Positions 50,038-63,400 of a stretch of 64,000 nt of DNA are shown here, piece after piece. Under the pieces are notes generated by a model that saw only the letters and a program-made list of their open reading frames with translations, ran no database searches and had not been told where the DNA came from. Both the position numbers and the translations under genes were made by a program. The stretch is from NCBI RefSeq assembly GCF_006345805.1, contig NC_042997.1, positions 97,960,001 to 98,024,000 of the forward strand. Direction: 5' to 3'. Source of the DNA: Octopus sinensis (lineage: Eukaryota). Positions within the stretch are counted from its first letter, which is position 1. Each line of letters opens with the position of its first letter.

Positions 50038-51333
50038 TTGGGTCATCTCATAAATAATGCGGTTTTTTCAAATGCATGAACTAAAAGTAGGAGGGGGCGG
50101 GATAAACTACCTGCATCAACTTGCTATAAAAGCAGCTATCAATTTTACCTTAAACTTATTCATAGTGCAAGATTTGAAGAGTGCAGTTCGACTTTAACAG
50201 TTACTTTTTAAAGCTATAATGGAAGTGACAAAGGAGCATATTCGGCATATTTTGCTTTAGGAGTTCAATAAAGGCAACGACGCAACGGAAAGGGTGAGGA
50301 ATATTAATGCAGTATATTGGGATCGAAGAATAAGCTTAATCCTGTGTCAATGGTGATGCCAGAAATTCCGAGCCAGAAACTACAGCCTAGAAGACGAGCC
50401 TTGTCCTGGAAGAGCTGTAGAGCTCAACGAGGACGTCCTTAAAACCCCAGAGGAACAAAATCCCATCATAACTGTTGAGGAACTAGCTGAGAATCTTGGA
50501 TTTGGTCATTCAGCCGTTCCTCAACACCTGCGTGCCATCGAAAAGTCAGCAAATTGGGTCAATGGGTTCCTCACAAACTTACCGAGTCTAATCGCGCTTA
50601 GAGAGAGAATGTGTGTTCTTCATTGCTGCCCAGTCTCATGAAGGAACCTTTTCAGGACAGAATAATGACCAGTGGCGAGTAATAGGTTCTCTATAAAAAT
50701 ACCTAGAGCCAATGACAGAGGGTAGGGAAAGGAGAAACACCGGCACCCCAGGGTAAAGAAGGTCTTCATGCACATAAGGTGTTGTTATCTGTTTGGTGAG
50801 ATGTGAAATGTTTAGTCCACTTTGAACTTTTAAACCCAAAACAAACGATAACAAAGATCTACTGCGAGCAGCTTGAGTGTCTGAAGTTAGCGCCAGAAGA
50901 AAAACCACCATCTTTGGTTTCAAGACGAAATGTGTTCTTCCATCAGGATAATATTCGGCCACAAACGCGAGGATGACATTCCAAGGGCTTGAGCAGTTTG
51001 AATGGAAAACGATGCTCCATCCAACTTATTATCCTGACGTCTTGCGACAACTTATTTGCCACATTTGATTATAATTTATTCCGCAGTCTTCAAAATCCTT
51101 TGGACGGAAAAATATGAATTCTGTAGACGAGGTCAAAAGAATACTGGAGGAATATTTTTCGTCACAGACAAATGAATTTTGGAAGAGGGACCTTACAATT
51201 CTACCACATAGATAGAAGAGCTTTATAGAAAATGAAGAAGAGTATACTTTAGATTCAAAAAAGAACTTTGTTCATCTTAATTTTGAAAAATAAAAGAAGT
51301 ATAAAAAACTGCATTATTTATGGGATGTCTCAA
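50038..51333 (+). mobile_element. full-length but pseudogenised mariner element (Hsmar1/Mos1-like transposase)
   Basis: TIRs ttgggtcatctcataaataatgcggtttttt / aaaaaactgcattatttatgggatgtctcaa with TA flanks; ATG 50219 MEVTKEHIRHIL.., LGQWVPHKL, FHQDNIRPQ, FDYNLFRSLQN; multiple stops and frameshifts. Confidence 0.93.
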
Positions 51334-51479
51334 TATTGGCAATGCACCCCAGGGTTTCCCGGGAGTTATGACCTACAGCCACGTTCCTTTCTTATGGGCA
51401 GAATTGGCACACGAGGAGTATGAAGCAAACAACTCTTCCTTATAAACATGCTTTTTGGTCATTTCCTGATGAACAACGC

Positions 51480-51615
51480 TGCAGTTTCCGTCTACCAAAT
51501 TCAGTCACAATCTGTGGTTGCCTCGGTCTATAGTAGAAAACACTTGCCCAATGTACCATGCAGAAGGACTGAACATGGAACCATGTATTTCGGAAGAAAA
51601 ATTCTCAACCAAACA
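51480..51615 (-). mobile_element. SINE S2, head half
   Basis: cagtttccgtctaccaaatt..ctatagtagaaaacacttgccc..ggactgaac. Confidence 0.8.
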
Positions 51616-51765
51616 GTCTAATATGTGTGCGTGTGTTTACATTTGTTGATAAATCAAGTGTTGTGTCCCACTATGTCTCTAAGTTTGCAGTTCATCAAGC
51701 AGAGATCTATAAAATAAATGCCAAATTGAAATACGTACTCGATTCATTAATAACATGCACAAATT

Positions 51766-52400
51766 ATGGTTTTCAACTTCAATTCCCACCATCCATACAG
51801 TGTAAAGAGCGGGATTGCTCAGTGCCTAAAACATCGAGCAATGAATATAAGTAGCAATCGTGATACACACCATGAAGAAATGATCAAGCTCAATAACAAT
51901 CTATTAAGCAACAAATATCCCCAAAAGCATACTCTCCACTCCAATTATGAAGAAAAGAAAGGATAAAACCAATAAACTGTCCACAGTCTGTCTACCCTAT
52001 GTGAAAGGCCTCTCCGAAAAGATACAAAAGATATGCGTCCCATATGACATCAGGACAGTATTTAAGAGTTATACAACACTTCGCAATATCTCCTTATAGT
52101 AAGGCCACCAATAGAAGGGAAAACGACCAAAAACTGAGTGTACTCCATCCCTTGCAGCTGTGGTAGGTTATACAAAGGCGAAACATGCCGCCCTAAAACA
52201 AGGGGAGAAGAACATCTCAAAGCTGTGACACGAGGAGATATTGATAAATCAGGTATAGCTGATCATGTATGGAAAAATAGAGACCATCTCCTCCTGTGGG
52301 ATGATGTTAAAATAATAGACAGAGAACACCACTGGAAAATACGAAAACTAAAAGAAACTATGATACAACAACCTCCTAAGCTGACCGAGTGCAGATATGA
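51766..52400 (+). mobile_element. Penelope-like element, RT thumb/linker plus GIY-YIG, pseudogenised
   Basis: FNSHHPYSVKSGIAQCLKHRA; VCLPYVKGLSEKIQKI; VYSIPCSCGRLYKGETCR..EEH..SGIADHVW..KIIDREHHWKIRKLKE. Confidence 0.9.
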
Positions 52401-52463
52401 ATAACATATGAGAACAGGTATAGGAGAATGTTAGATTTATAAACCCTAAAATTCATTCCCCAC

Positions 52464-52610
52464 GGGCATATGGTGTAGTGGTCAAGAGCGCGGGCTACTA
52501 ACCCCAAGATTCCGAGCACGGTTCCAGGTACTGACCTGAATAATAATCATAATAATATCATCGAAAAATACCTTGGGAATGAGAACTCAGGTTCGAAATT
52601 TCCCCAAGAC
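52464..52610 (+). other. tRNA-like module downstream of the Penelope-like ORF
   Basis: A-box tggtgtagtggt, anticodon-loop-like gggctactaaccc, decayed B-box gagcacggttcc; cloverleaf is imperfect. Confidence 0.55.
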
Positions 52611-53006
52611 AAGATGTGGACAAATATCCCCAAACCAAGATGTGGACAAATATCCGTGAAATGTAAATAAACTAAATAATGTCAGTATGATAAATCGAAT
52701 TTATCATTACCCCCATCATGGCGACATTCGAAAGACTAAACCGAGTAAAATATTGTTTAAAGACTTAATATCTTCAAGTTTAAGGTAATGGATTACTAAT
52801 CACAAGATAATGAGTTCAAAACTTCGTATTGAACTTCCACTCTAAACGATAACAGTATATATACATCTCAGTCTACTTCCAATACAATTATAATTTGAAG
52901 TTGAATGGTTAGTAATAAGAAAGATGTCCAAATTTCTTTAAAAATTATTGTGAAAGACTTCTGAGAAAAAAGTAGTTTTTCACTACAACAAAACACACAC
53001 ACACAC

Positions 53007-53053
<47 letters not shown>

Positions 53054-53289
53054 GTGTGTCTGTGGTAACTTGAGCTACTACAAATAACAGCCAAATCTCT
53101 CTTAAAACACACCCTTTCATCAAAAGAAAAGCATAGATTTACAGTATTTCGGGAAGAAAAAAAAAACTATACTGGGGTCTCCTACATCAGAGGCAACTCT
53201 GGGCTACACAAAACAAAACATATTTCACATTAAAAGAGTATCTTCTAAATAATACTAAGAAAGTTGACGATATATCTTCAAAGTTTTAT

Positions 53290-53505
53290 TGCCTGGTAAA
53301 ACTACTTGTATTTTAAGATTGTTGAAACAGAGTTAGCTAAAGACCTCAAAATTGTGCGACCCGAGCTCGTTTTGCAAGTTATTTTGGTATTAAAAAAGAG
53401 TTAGGCAAAAAATATTGGTAACCGAAAGATTACTGAATCTTTTGATATCTCATACGTCAAAATCGGCAACCCAATTTTCGAATCCGTAAGGAACACACAC
53501 GCACG

Positions 53506-53540
<35 letters not shown>

Positions 53541-53585
53541 CACACACACACACACACACCCTGTTTCATTATATAAGATATATGT
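53290..53585 (-). mobile_element. possible Helentron/HINE-like non-autonomous element end
   Basis: minus strand tatcttatataatgaaacagg followed by (GT)n; a similar head tatctatatatataaaactgagga(tg)n lies at about 6909 on plus. Confidence 0.3.
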
Positions 53586-54221
53586 ATATATGTAGGTATG
53601 AATGTGTGTGTGTGTGTGATTTACTTTCTCTTCTTTTTGTTCTCTCTTCTCTACCATAATACTGCAACACAAAATGGCGTACCTAGCGGTTTACTTACGT
53701 CTGACATGTTGATATGCATTGATTCTTAAAGAATCCTAACTAATCTATATACATATATAGGCATACATGGGTCTGTGCATGCGTGCGTGCGCGCGCGTGT
53801 GTGTATGTGTGTGTATGTGTGTGTGTGTGTGCAAATCTGTGTGTTTCTCATAGTGTGCATGCATATATGGCGTTCGTTGCTGTAGTGATGGCAGTGAAGT
53901 TGTATAGCATATCCGTTTCCGGATGCAGCTTAATATGGTTCTGTTTAGAGTGGTTTTCCCGTCGGTTTTCTCCATTCAGGCATGAAGTATATGAATTTAA
54001 TTGTTCTGGAAAATAGTAGTGGTGATTGATAGATTTGTAAACAAGGAATCGAAGATGAACGAAGACGAGATTTCCAGGGAGCTTGCCTACTCTCACTTAG
54101 GGCTCATATTACTTAGATAGATAGATAGATAGATAGATAGATACATACATACATACATACACACATATATGCATACATACATACATACATACGTACGTTC
54201 GTACATATATTCTTTTGATAT

Positions 54222-54432
54222 TTTATTCTTTTACTTGTTTCTGCGGCCATGCTGGAGTACCGTCTTAAACGTTTTTTAATCGAAGAAATTGACTCGAAAA
54301 TGTATTCTTTGTAAAGCTAGTACTTACTCTATGAGTCTCCTTTGTTGAACAGGTAAGTTACATAAACATTAGAACGTATGTTGTCAAGCGATGGTGGGGT
54401 GGGAGAAAACATAGACGTGCGTAAATATATGC

Positions 54433-54463
<31 letters not shown>

Positions 54464-54629
54464 CACTACGGGCTTCTTTCAGTTTCCGTCTACCAAATCC
54501 ACTGATAAGGCTTTGGTCGGCCCGAGGCTATAGCAAAAGACGATTGCCCAAGGTGTCATGCAATGAGACTGAACTTGGAATCATGTAGTTGGGAAGCACA
54601 CTTCTTATCACACAGCTACGTTTGCGCCT
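54222..54629 (-). mobile_element. SINE S2
   Basis: consensus blocks with internal (TA)n. Confidence 0.9.
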
Positions 54630-54640
54630 GTATGTGTGTT

Positions 54641-54810
54641 GGCGCAGGAGTGGCTGTATAGTAAGTAGCTTGCTTACCAACCCCATGGTTCTGGGTTCAG
54701 TCCTACTGCGTGGCACCTTAGGCAAGTGTTTTCTACTATAGCCTCGGGCCGGCCAAATCCTCGTGAGTGGATTTGGTAGACGGAAACTGAAAGAAGCCCG
54801 TCGTATATAT
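54641..54810 (+). mobile_element. SINE S2 5' half, head-to-head with the preceding copy
   Basis: ggcgcaggagtggctg..aagaagcccgtcgtatat; 11-nt spacer to the previous head. Confidence 0.9.
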
Positions 54811-54824
54811 ATATATTATATGTA

Positions 54825-55077
54825 GAAAAATACAAACTGGGACAAGAACGTAAAAACATTTAGAAGACGATACAAAAAACACGGACGGACATTCGAAGCC
54901 TTCAATCTTCAGTCAAGAACCGGATCATCCTAGCAATTTCGGCTGATTAATCTTGAGATCGCTCCGATCCGGCCAGCCCCAAGGAAAAACTAAACTGCGA
55001 GCATTAGATTTCTTGGAAAAAAGATCGAATGTATACGATACAGGGACAGAAAAACGGACGATGCCACACGAAAATAA

Positions 55078-55080
<3 letters not shown>
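54825..55080 (-). mobile_element. (TA)n-embedded element with a decayed hammerhead-like motif
   Basis: minus strand CUGAAGA UU GAA-GGC-UUC GAAUGUC at about 54888-54913; bounded by (TA)n. Confidence 0.4.
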
Positions 55081-55123
<43 letters not shown>

Positions 55124-55464
55124 GTATGTGTGTGAGTGTGTGTATATATATGTAAGGAAAATAAGACAATGTAGAAAATGCTGAAATAATTGTATCATGA
55201 GGAACATTTTAGTACCGGTTCCAGCCTTTGCGACTTTTTCAACTTCGAGTAAAGCATGAAAAACAATTCAATTATGGAAACATAAAATGAAATGTTAAAA
55301 AAAATATTTCCATATTGCAAGGGATATTTTCCTTTTTTCTGCCTGTCTCTGTCTCTCTTTTTCACTCTTGTGAGTTTTAGTTAGTGGGTAGCATGTAGTA
55401 GTAGTTTGATGATATGAACTCGTGCTTTTGACTAAGCAACAGTAGTAGTTGAGAAAGGCGGCGG

Positions 55465-55516
<52 letters not shown>

Positions 55517-55686
55517 GAATGTGTGAGTGGTGTGACAATAGTAGGATGTTGGTGGAATCCACTTAAATGGTCAAGTGACCTAAAATTGACGGGTTGTAGT
55601 TTTAATAGTAGTGATTGAAATTGTTCTGAATAAATTCATGGGTAGTGCCTGTTCTGAATATATCGTTTTTAATATTTGCGTGGGTA

Positions 55687-55995
55687 TTATTTTAAGGCCC
55701 TTGTAATAGTGGTGGACGCATTCAAAAAGGGTTTATGTTTTGTGATAAAATATGACTCTTTACTAATGCGCTGAGTAAAGGTTGCATCGTCCCTGAATTC
55801 ATAGAAGGGAAAAATTCTGAAGTTGAGTTGTTTGTTATTGTGGCAAATGTCGATGTGTTCGCTGAATGCTATTTTTCTGCATTTTCGAATTTTGATCTGG
55901 GATCTATGTATAGCCATCCTTTGACGTAGACTGTATTTGGTTTGGCCAATGTATTGCTCTTGATACCCAGAACAAGTTAATACAAATATCAGGAT
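55687..55995 (-). mobile_element. Penelope-like GIY-YIG endonuclease fragment
   Basis: ILIFVLTCSGYQEQYIGQTKYSLRQRMAIHRSQI..FSEHIDIC..FRIFPFY..KESYFITKHKPFLN; 5' end abuts (TA)n at 56002. Confidence 0.9.
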
Positions 55996-56038
55996 CTCCG
56001 AATATATATATATATATATATATATATATCTATATATA

Positions 56039-56117
<79 letters not shown>

Positions 56118-56692
56118 TGTGTGTTTGTGTATATATTCATATGCAAACAAAAATCATATATATATATATACATATATACACGTTTATACACACACATTCA
56201 CATACACACATACACACACATACATATACAAACATATGCATACACTCATCACCTACTGATTTCTTGGCGATATAGAGTTATTTAAAACACAGAAAGCTCT
56301 CTTACGGGGACGTTAGTATCGTCGAAATCGATAAATAATGAATGATAAGCAGAGTCGGGTTTCTCCAAATATATAAATAGATAAATAAATAAATGAATGA
56401 AAATAAATAAATAAATAAATGATGTGCTGCTGTTGCCGACATTTACATAATTAACCAGACATCTTGATCACGACTAAAACGTAAGCTGCATCAGCTTTTC
56501 TTATTGATATCACTCTAAGAAACAGAAAAAAAACAACAACAACAAAAACGAAGACAAGGATTTGAAGGAAGGAAATCTTCATGGATGCAAGGAAATACAC
56601 ACACACACACAAACGCAAAATTATATATATGCGCGTGAATATATATATATATAGGCTCATATGTATACCGTTAACTTTCTATCTCTCCCTCT

Positions 56693-56758
<66 letters not shown>

Positions 56759-57189
56759 GTATGTATATATGTATGTGTGCATATATATGTATGTGTGCAT
56801 ATATATATGTGTGTGTGTGCGTGTGTGTGTTCGGGTATCGCTCGGTAACTTCTTGCTTCATAACGTCAGCTAAACATAACGTCAGCTAAACATACGTCAA
56901 TACTCCACGCAACAGCAATCTCTTTACCTTTCATTGGGGTTTTTTCTCTTTTCTTTGTCTTGCTGACAACCATGCATTCTTTCGTGTACACAAAAACAAA
57001 TAACTGGATCATAAACACAAGCACTGAAGCATGAACAAATATATATAAGCAGGCACAGATGCACACACATTCGCATTACATATGCATATGCAAAAACTCG
57101 TCCTTTTACGCTTATAAATGCATGCAATACAAACACACCTGCAAACACACATATATATACATACATATATATATATATATACATGTGTG

Positions 57190-57226
<37 letters not shown>

Positions 57227-58070
57227 TAGTATTAATTTATTAACGAAGGTTAGAAAAAGATCTCGGCACGGTAGTATATAAAATGGCTCATTTATGTTGC
57301 TTCTTCATATTCGTCTGAATCCCACCGGTTTCATCACGGTTTCTTGACCACTGTGGAAGCCCCACTATGTTTTAATGATTCAAGCGATATGTTTTGTGGC
57401 TCTTGGTGCAAAAAGCATGCATGTTTGTACAGAGAAAGACACCAAAAAATGGCAGACAGATATCCACATATTCTTCTATATATGTGTGTGTATGCGCGTG
57501 TATATGTGTGTATGTGCACTTTTGAACGCACATATGTATACATATACATATTATTTTATCGTGTAAGTAAATAGAGGAGAGAAGCCCTGGTGACTATTTG
57601 CAGACCTTCATTGCCTGGTGTTAGAGAATGAGAAAGAAGTTATCCTCAGATTGGAGACCAGTCTAGAATGCTTGTAAGAGATTAGACATCGCTAAGAGAA
57701 CTCAAGGACCATGTGGTGGTGATAAAATGAGCAACAGATTACTTAAAACACCGCAGTAGGTCAAGGCGGGATTTGAACTTAAAACTAGAACAAATACCTG
57801 AAGAAAATTTGTCCGACACAGAAATTCAGATTTTCACTTGTATCAATCGTGCCAGTCTTACCAGTTACGGAAGGCTTGTGAATGTCATGTGCACTAATTG
57901 CTTTTCCAGACAGGCTGAGCCTATTCAAAAAAAAATTAAACGCAGAATGAACCATAAAAAACTGAACTGAACTGTTATATATAACAGAAAAAGTTCTTAA
58001 CCTGCGATCGAAACTAGGTTCATTAACTGAACTCATTGCTAGTTTATGTCTCGCAAGAATAAAAAGATAT

Positions 58071-58105
<35 letters not shown>

Positions 58106-59154
58106 CTGACTGATTGATTAATTGATTTATATAACCTGGAATTAAATTCCAGCAACAATTAAATGCACAAGCCAACATGCCAGCTGGAAGAATATTTCAT
58201 TCAGGCTTAGCGCTACCAAGTACAAGATTACATATGTGTCTGTGTGTGCGTGTATGTGTGAGTGTGTGTGTGTATGTGTGTATGTGTGTGATGGAAGTGC
58301 TGTCGTATCTGTAAACGTTAAGTTGTTTTAATAGCTACAAATCCGAAATACAGTGCATTCGATTGACGTCAAGGTCTTATCGAAGAAATCTTGTACTTAC
58401 TTCAATTAATAGTCTGCAATTGTTCAGTGAGAAAAAGAATGGGCTATGAGATTAGCATGTGGGTGTTGCTTTCCTTGTTCATGATATGTGACGTCATTAC
58501 ATCAGAAGGATATTGCTTCTTGATTCTGTGGAATTGGTGAAGTTGATGTTTATTAACGTTTAGCCATCTATAATCGTGTAAAATATTGATTTTTTTCTTT
58601 TTAACATAGACACAATTAAAATGAAGTGCTTGCAACACGGAATCAAAACCATATCGTACGCTATTATATGCTTAAACTCTCTTTCTCTGTCTTTCCTTTC
58701 CTGCCTTGCATATTGTTTAGTCAGGAAGAGTAAGAGTAGTCTTTATCGACTTTTCAGCCACTTGTAAAGTAAGGGTAGGGCGAACAGTTGAAGTCCGTGC
58801 AAGCGACGTTCATTTTGAATTGCTGATTGTTAGAAAATAAAACAAGAAATTACAGTCGTTGTTGTTGTTTTGACTCTTTCATCCGTTCCGATTGAGCAGT
58901 TCTAATGAGCAAAAAGCTTTCCAGCCATGAGCATCCAGTCGTTTTACTACTGCATAGGACTTCATTCTCAATGTATTCTTGGCTCAAGTCTGATCTATGA
59001 TCAAAACGTTCCAAGCAAGATTATATTAATCTCCGTATTTTTATTTTGTTTTCTTTCTTTATAATTTTAAGTTTAAGATAGTAATTTTAGGAAGGTCTAT
59101 TATTCGTAGCAGGTGAGGGCGACCGTATAGAATTTTATTCGTTAATTCGTGTAG

Positions 59155-59312
59155 TGGTAGTAGTAATGGTGGTGGTGATAGTATTAATAGTAGTAGCGGT
59201 GACGGTGGTAGTGGTGATGGTAGTGGTGGTGGTGGTAGTGGTGATAGTAGTAGTAGTAGTAGTAGCAGCAGCAGCAACAACAGAAGCAGTCACAGCAGCA
59301 GCAACAGCAGCA
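59155..59312. repeat. (GTA/GTG)n(GCA)n compound microsatellite
   Basis: directly visible. Confidence 0.9.
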
Positions 59313-59745
59313 GTTTTTGTTATAGAATTGAGAAAGGATATTTCTGAATAGCAAATTTATCTGAATTTACTGATTCGATCTGAATTGATCTTTCATCAAT
59401 AGGTACAAAAATGTGACCCTATATATATGAAAGCACGTTTTCTTTAGGTTAGTGAGTTCATTTGATCCTTGGTTTGATTCTCGGATTAGGCGGTGTGCCT
59501 TATACTTGAGGAAAGCACTTCATTTCACATTATTCCACTCTACTCAGCTGCAAATGAGTATCAACTGAATGTTGCTGCTATCCTTTAATCCCCTTGCTGT
59601 TGTCACATCCTTCATCTTTCGCTGGATCCAGGGTGGAAGGGACAAAGAGGTGGGGGAACTGATTCCACACGATTACATTGGCACCTAAAACAAGTAGCAA
59701 AAACATGATTCATGTTACGAAGTCATATCTGCTCGCGAGTGTTGG

Positions 59746-59798
<53 letters not shown>

Positions 59799-60104
59799 AT
59801 ACACGCACACGCACACGTACACACACATATATTCACGCACATATGCATGTAGGTATGCTATATGTAGTCTTAAAATAGGTGTTTAAAGTTTTGAATTTTA
59901 CTGTCATGCTTAAAAAATTCTTGCAAAGATGGTGGATTCCAGAAAGTGTAGAATGCCAGTTAGTCGTATCCCTCAACATTCTGTGTTCAAATCTCGCTAT
60001 GGTTAATTTTGTCTTTCAACCTTCCTGTGCCGATAAACTACCTAGCCAAATATTGGCTAATTATTTTATGCGCCTACAAAAATATCTGTGGTTTTATATA
60101 TTCT

Positions 60105-60480
60105 TTTGTTCTTTTACTTGTTTCACTCATTTGACTGTGGCCATGCTGGAGCACCGCTTTGAGGTGTTTTAGTGGAACAAATCGACCCCAGGACTTAATT
60201 TTTGTAAGCCTAGTACTTATTCTATCAGTCTCTTTACTGGGACGTAAACACATCAACACCGGTTGTCATGCGGTGATTGGGGGACAAACATAGACACAAA
60301 GACACACATACATAGATATATACATATACACAGGACGGGTTTCTTTCAGTTTCCGTCTACCAAATCTTCTCACGAGGCTTTGTTCGGCTATAGTAGAAGA
60401 CACTTGCCGAAGGTGCCACGAAGTGGGACTGAACCCGGAAACATGTGGTTGGTAAGCAAGCTTCTTACCACACAGCTACA
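60105..60480 (-). mobile_element. SINE S2
   Basis: consensus blocks. Confidence 0.9.
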
Positions 60481-60782
60481 ATCATGCTTATATTTATCAC
60501 CATTTAAAAGCGGTTGTTGTGTTATAACACATACTGCAATATTTGACTTCAGAGAATCTATGAGAGAATCTCACAGATAAGAAATACAGATTTATTAGAT
60601 TACAGTAAAAGTATAGTTGTAAGGAAGGGAGATAATCAGTTGAATCAGCAGAAATACTCTATTGTTAGATATGCGATCGGCTTTCGTGGTATTAACAGAA
60701 ACTGAAGTCTTGTAATAGAATGTGAAAATGTTAAGGCGTTGCTGATAACAACAACCTGTAGATACAAAGTATAATTTCTAAA

Positions 60783-60944
60783 ATAGGTGTGGTTGTGTGG
60801 TAAGTAGCTTGCTTATCAACCACATGGTTCCGGGTTCATTCGCACTGCGTGGCACCTTGGGCAAGTGTCTTCCACTATAGCCTCGGGCCGAATAAAGCCT
60901 TGTGAGTTGATTTGGTAGCCGGAAACTGAAAGAAGTCAGTCGTA

Positions 60945-60985
<41 letters not shown>

Positions 60986-61215
60986 GTGTATGTGTGTGTA
61001 TATGTTTGTGTATCTGTGTTTGTCCCACCAACATCGCTTGACAACCGATGGTGGTGTGTTTACGTCCCCGTAACTTAGCGGTTCGGCAAAAGAGACCGAT
61101 AAAATAAGTACTAGGCTTACAAAGAATAAGTCCTGGGGTCGATTTGCTCACCTAAAAGCGGTGCTCCAGCATGGTCGCAGTCAAATGACTGAAAAAGTAA
61201 AAGAGTAAAAGAGAA
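60783..61215 (+). mobile_element. SINE S2, full length
   Basis: consensus blocks; inverted relative to 60105-60480. Confidence 0.92.
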
Positions 61216-61224
61216 TAAATCACA

Positions 61225-61410
61225 AGGTTACAAATTTAAGGAAAGGAGTTAGTTGATTATATCGATTCCGATGCTCCATTGGAACCATATTTTATCAACT
61301 CTGAGAAGATGAAAGGTAAAGTTCATCTCGGTGGGATTAGAACTTGGAATGAAAACAGCCGGTAGAAATACCATAAGGCATTTTGACTGCTGCTCTAACA
61401 ATTCTGTAGC
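61225..61410 (-). mobile_element. SINE S1, degenerate
   Basis: gatgaaaggtaaagttcatctcggtggg..ctctaacaattct. Confidence 0.75.
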
Positions 61411-61891
61411 ACGATGCAAAGAATCTAAATGATATGGTCACAGGTGTCACTAGTGATGAGAATCGTCAGGCTAGATCAATCAATTAATAAGCGATGCGTT
61501 GACGTAAACGAGATTTCCCGAGTACACAAATCTGTAACACGAATTGATTATATGATCGCAGTAATGTCACGTTACGTACAAAACACGTCTTTGATTATTT
61601 TGGAGTAGCAATGATCATCTCACGGCTTCGTATTTCTTCTTTAAAACTAAGGTCTTTTGCCAATATAAGAAATGAAAGTACATTATTCCCATGGACGAGT
61701 GGTTGAATCATGACCTCAACATATAACGTGGTATAATTGTTTCTTTATTAGAATCTTTTCTTTTCTTTTTATATTTTGTTTTATTCTTTTCGTTGTTGAA
61801 CTATTGCAAAGAGGACATAGTAATTACAAATGTGTGTATGTGTGTGTACGCGTGGATTGAGAGGGGTTGTGAAACACAGTGAGAGAAAGTG

Positions 61892-61922
<31 letters not shown>

Positions 61923-62108
61923 AGAAAGGGTGAAAGATGTAAGAGAGGTTCTGAGAAAAGTGTCTGAGAGTAATAAATATATGTGTATGTGAGTGTGTGT
62001 GTGAGTGTAGTGAGAGTGAAAGAGAGAGAAGATGAGAGAAAGAGAGAGATAAAAATGTGTGAATGTATATATATATATATATATGTATGCATGTATGTAT
62101 GTATATAT

Positions 62109-62144
<36 letters not shown>

Positions 62145-62227
62145 ACTCATATAGATGTATGCGCGTGTGTGTATATGTATAAATGTATTATGTATATGTG
62201 ATATATATATATATTATATATATATAT

Positions 62228-62282
<55 letters not shown>

Positions 62283-62291
62283 TATATGTAT

Positions 62292-62327
<36 letters not shown>

Positions 62328-63240
62328 ATGTTTGCATGTGTGTGTATATATATTGTGAGATGTAGAGAGACTGATAGATAGAAAGAGAGAGAAAGAGAGA
62401 GGAAGGGTGAGAGGAGAAGGAGAGAGTTAAATGATTATATATGTGTATGGGCATGTGTTTATGTGTGAGAGGGAAGCTAAAAATAAGTTCAGTGATATAT
62501 ACTTGAGATGACCCTTACAAAGTAGATAAATAAAATACTATTTGATGCCATTTCATTTGCCGATTACCTTCGACAATATCTTTCTTTTTATCCAACAACG
62601 ACATTTAGGTGTGTCTCAATGAGATATGATTGCTATTGGCTGCGCATCGGTTGCATAGCATGCTGTTCATGTCGGTTAAATAATGTAGCAGCTGTTGAAA
62701 TTGTTTTGTAAAACGCATGAGTGTTTATTAACAGCAATAATAACAATGGGATTCCGCAAAAGAATAACAATTAGAGGAACAAATAAGAATATGAAGCAAA
62801 AAAGAAGTAGGTGAAGCAATGCATTTGCAAATTAATGATGTACTTATGTGGAAACTAATCTACAAAGATTTCTTTGGATTGACGTATCCTCTCTAAGTAG
62901 CTACAGTATTCTACCGAATCATGGGATAATTTTATACTTGAACAGCATTAATTCTGCTCTTTATTCGATTACATTGAGCCACAACTAACTGTACGAATGA
63001 ACCGTTGGGTTTCACAGTTCAACAAATTCTCAGTTTTCAGAAATTTCAATAACAATAAAAATCAGTTTCTCAACGTCCATCCCGGGAAAATTTTAAGAAA
63101 ATTAAAATATTTATATTTTTAATACTACATAACACATTCTACTACAGGCACAGGGCCTGACACTTTCTAAGGGAGGAGATTAGTTGCTTATATTGACCCC
63201 ACCCAGGTCACAACTGGTACTTGTTTCATCAGCCCCGATT

Positions 63241-63294
<54 letters not shown>

Positions 63295-63400
63295 TAATGA
63301 AGGATAAAATTTTTTTTTCGAAAAACATATTCTTTTCCCAAAAAAATTTTATCAATGGCCAGCATATCAAAAAATACCCCCAAAGGTTAAATCTATAAAC

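Noticed and set aside
57785-57835. CUGAAGA...GAAA as a hammerhead
   Set aside because: Helix II is not anchored to the core and helix I is absent.
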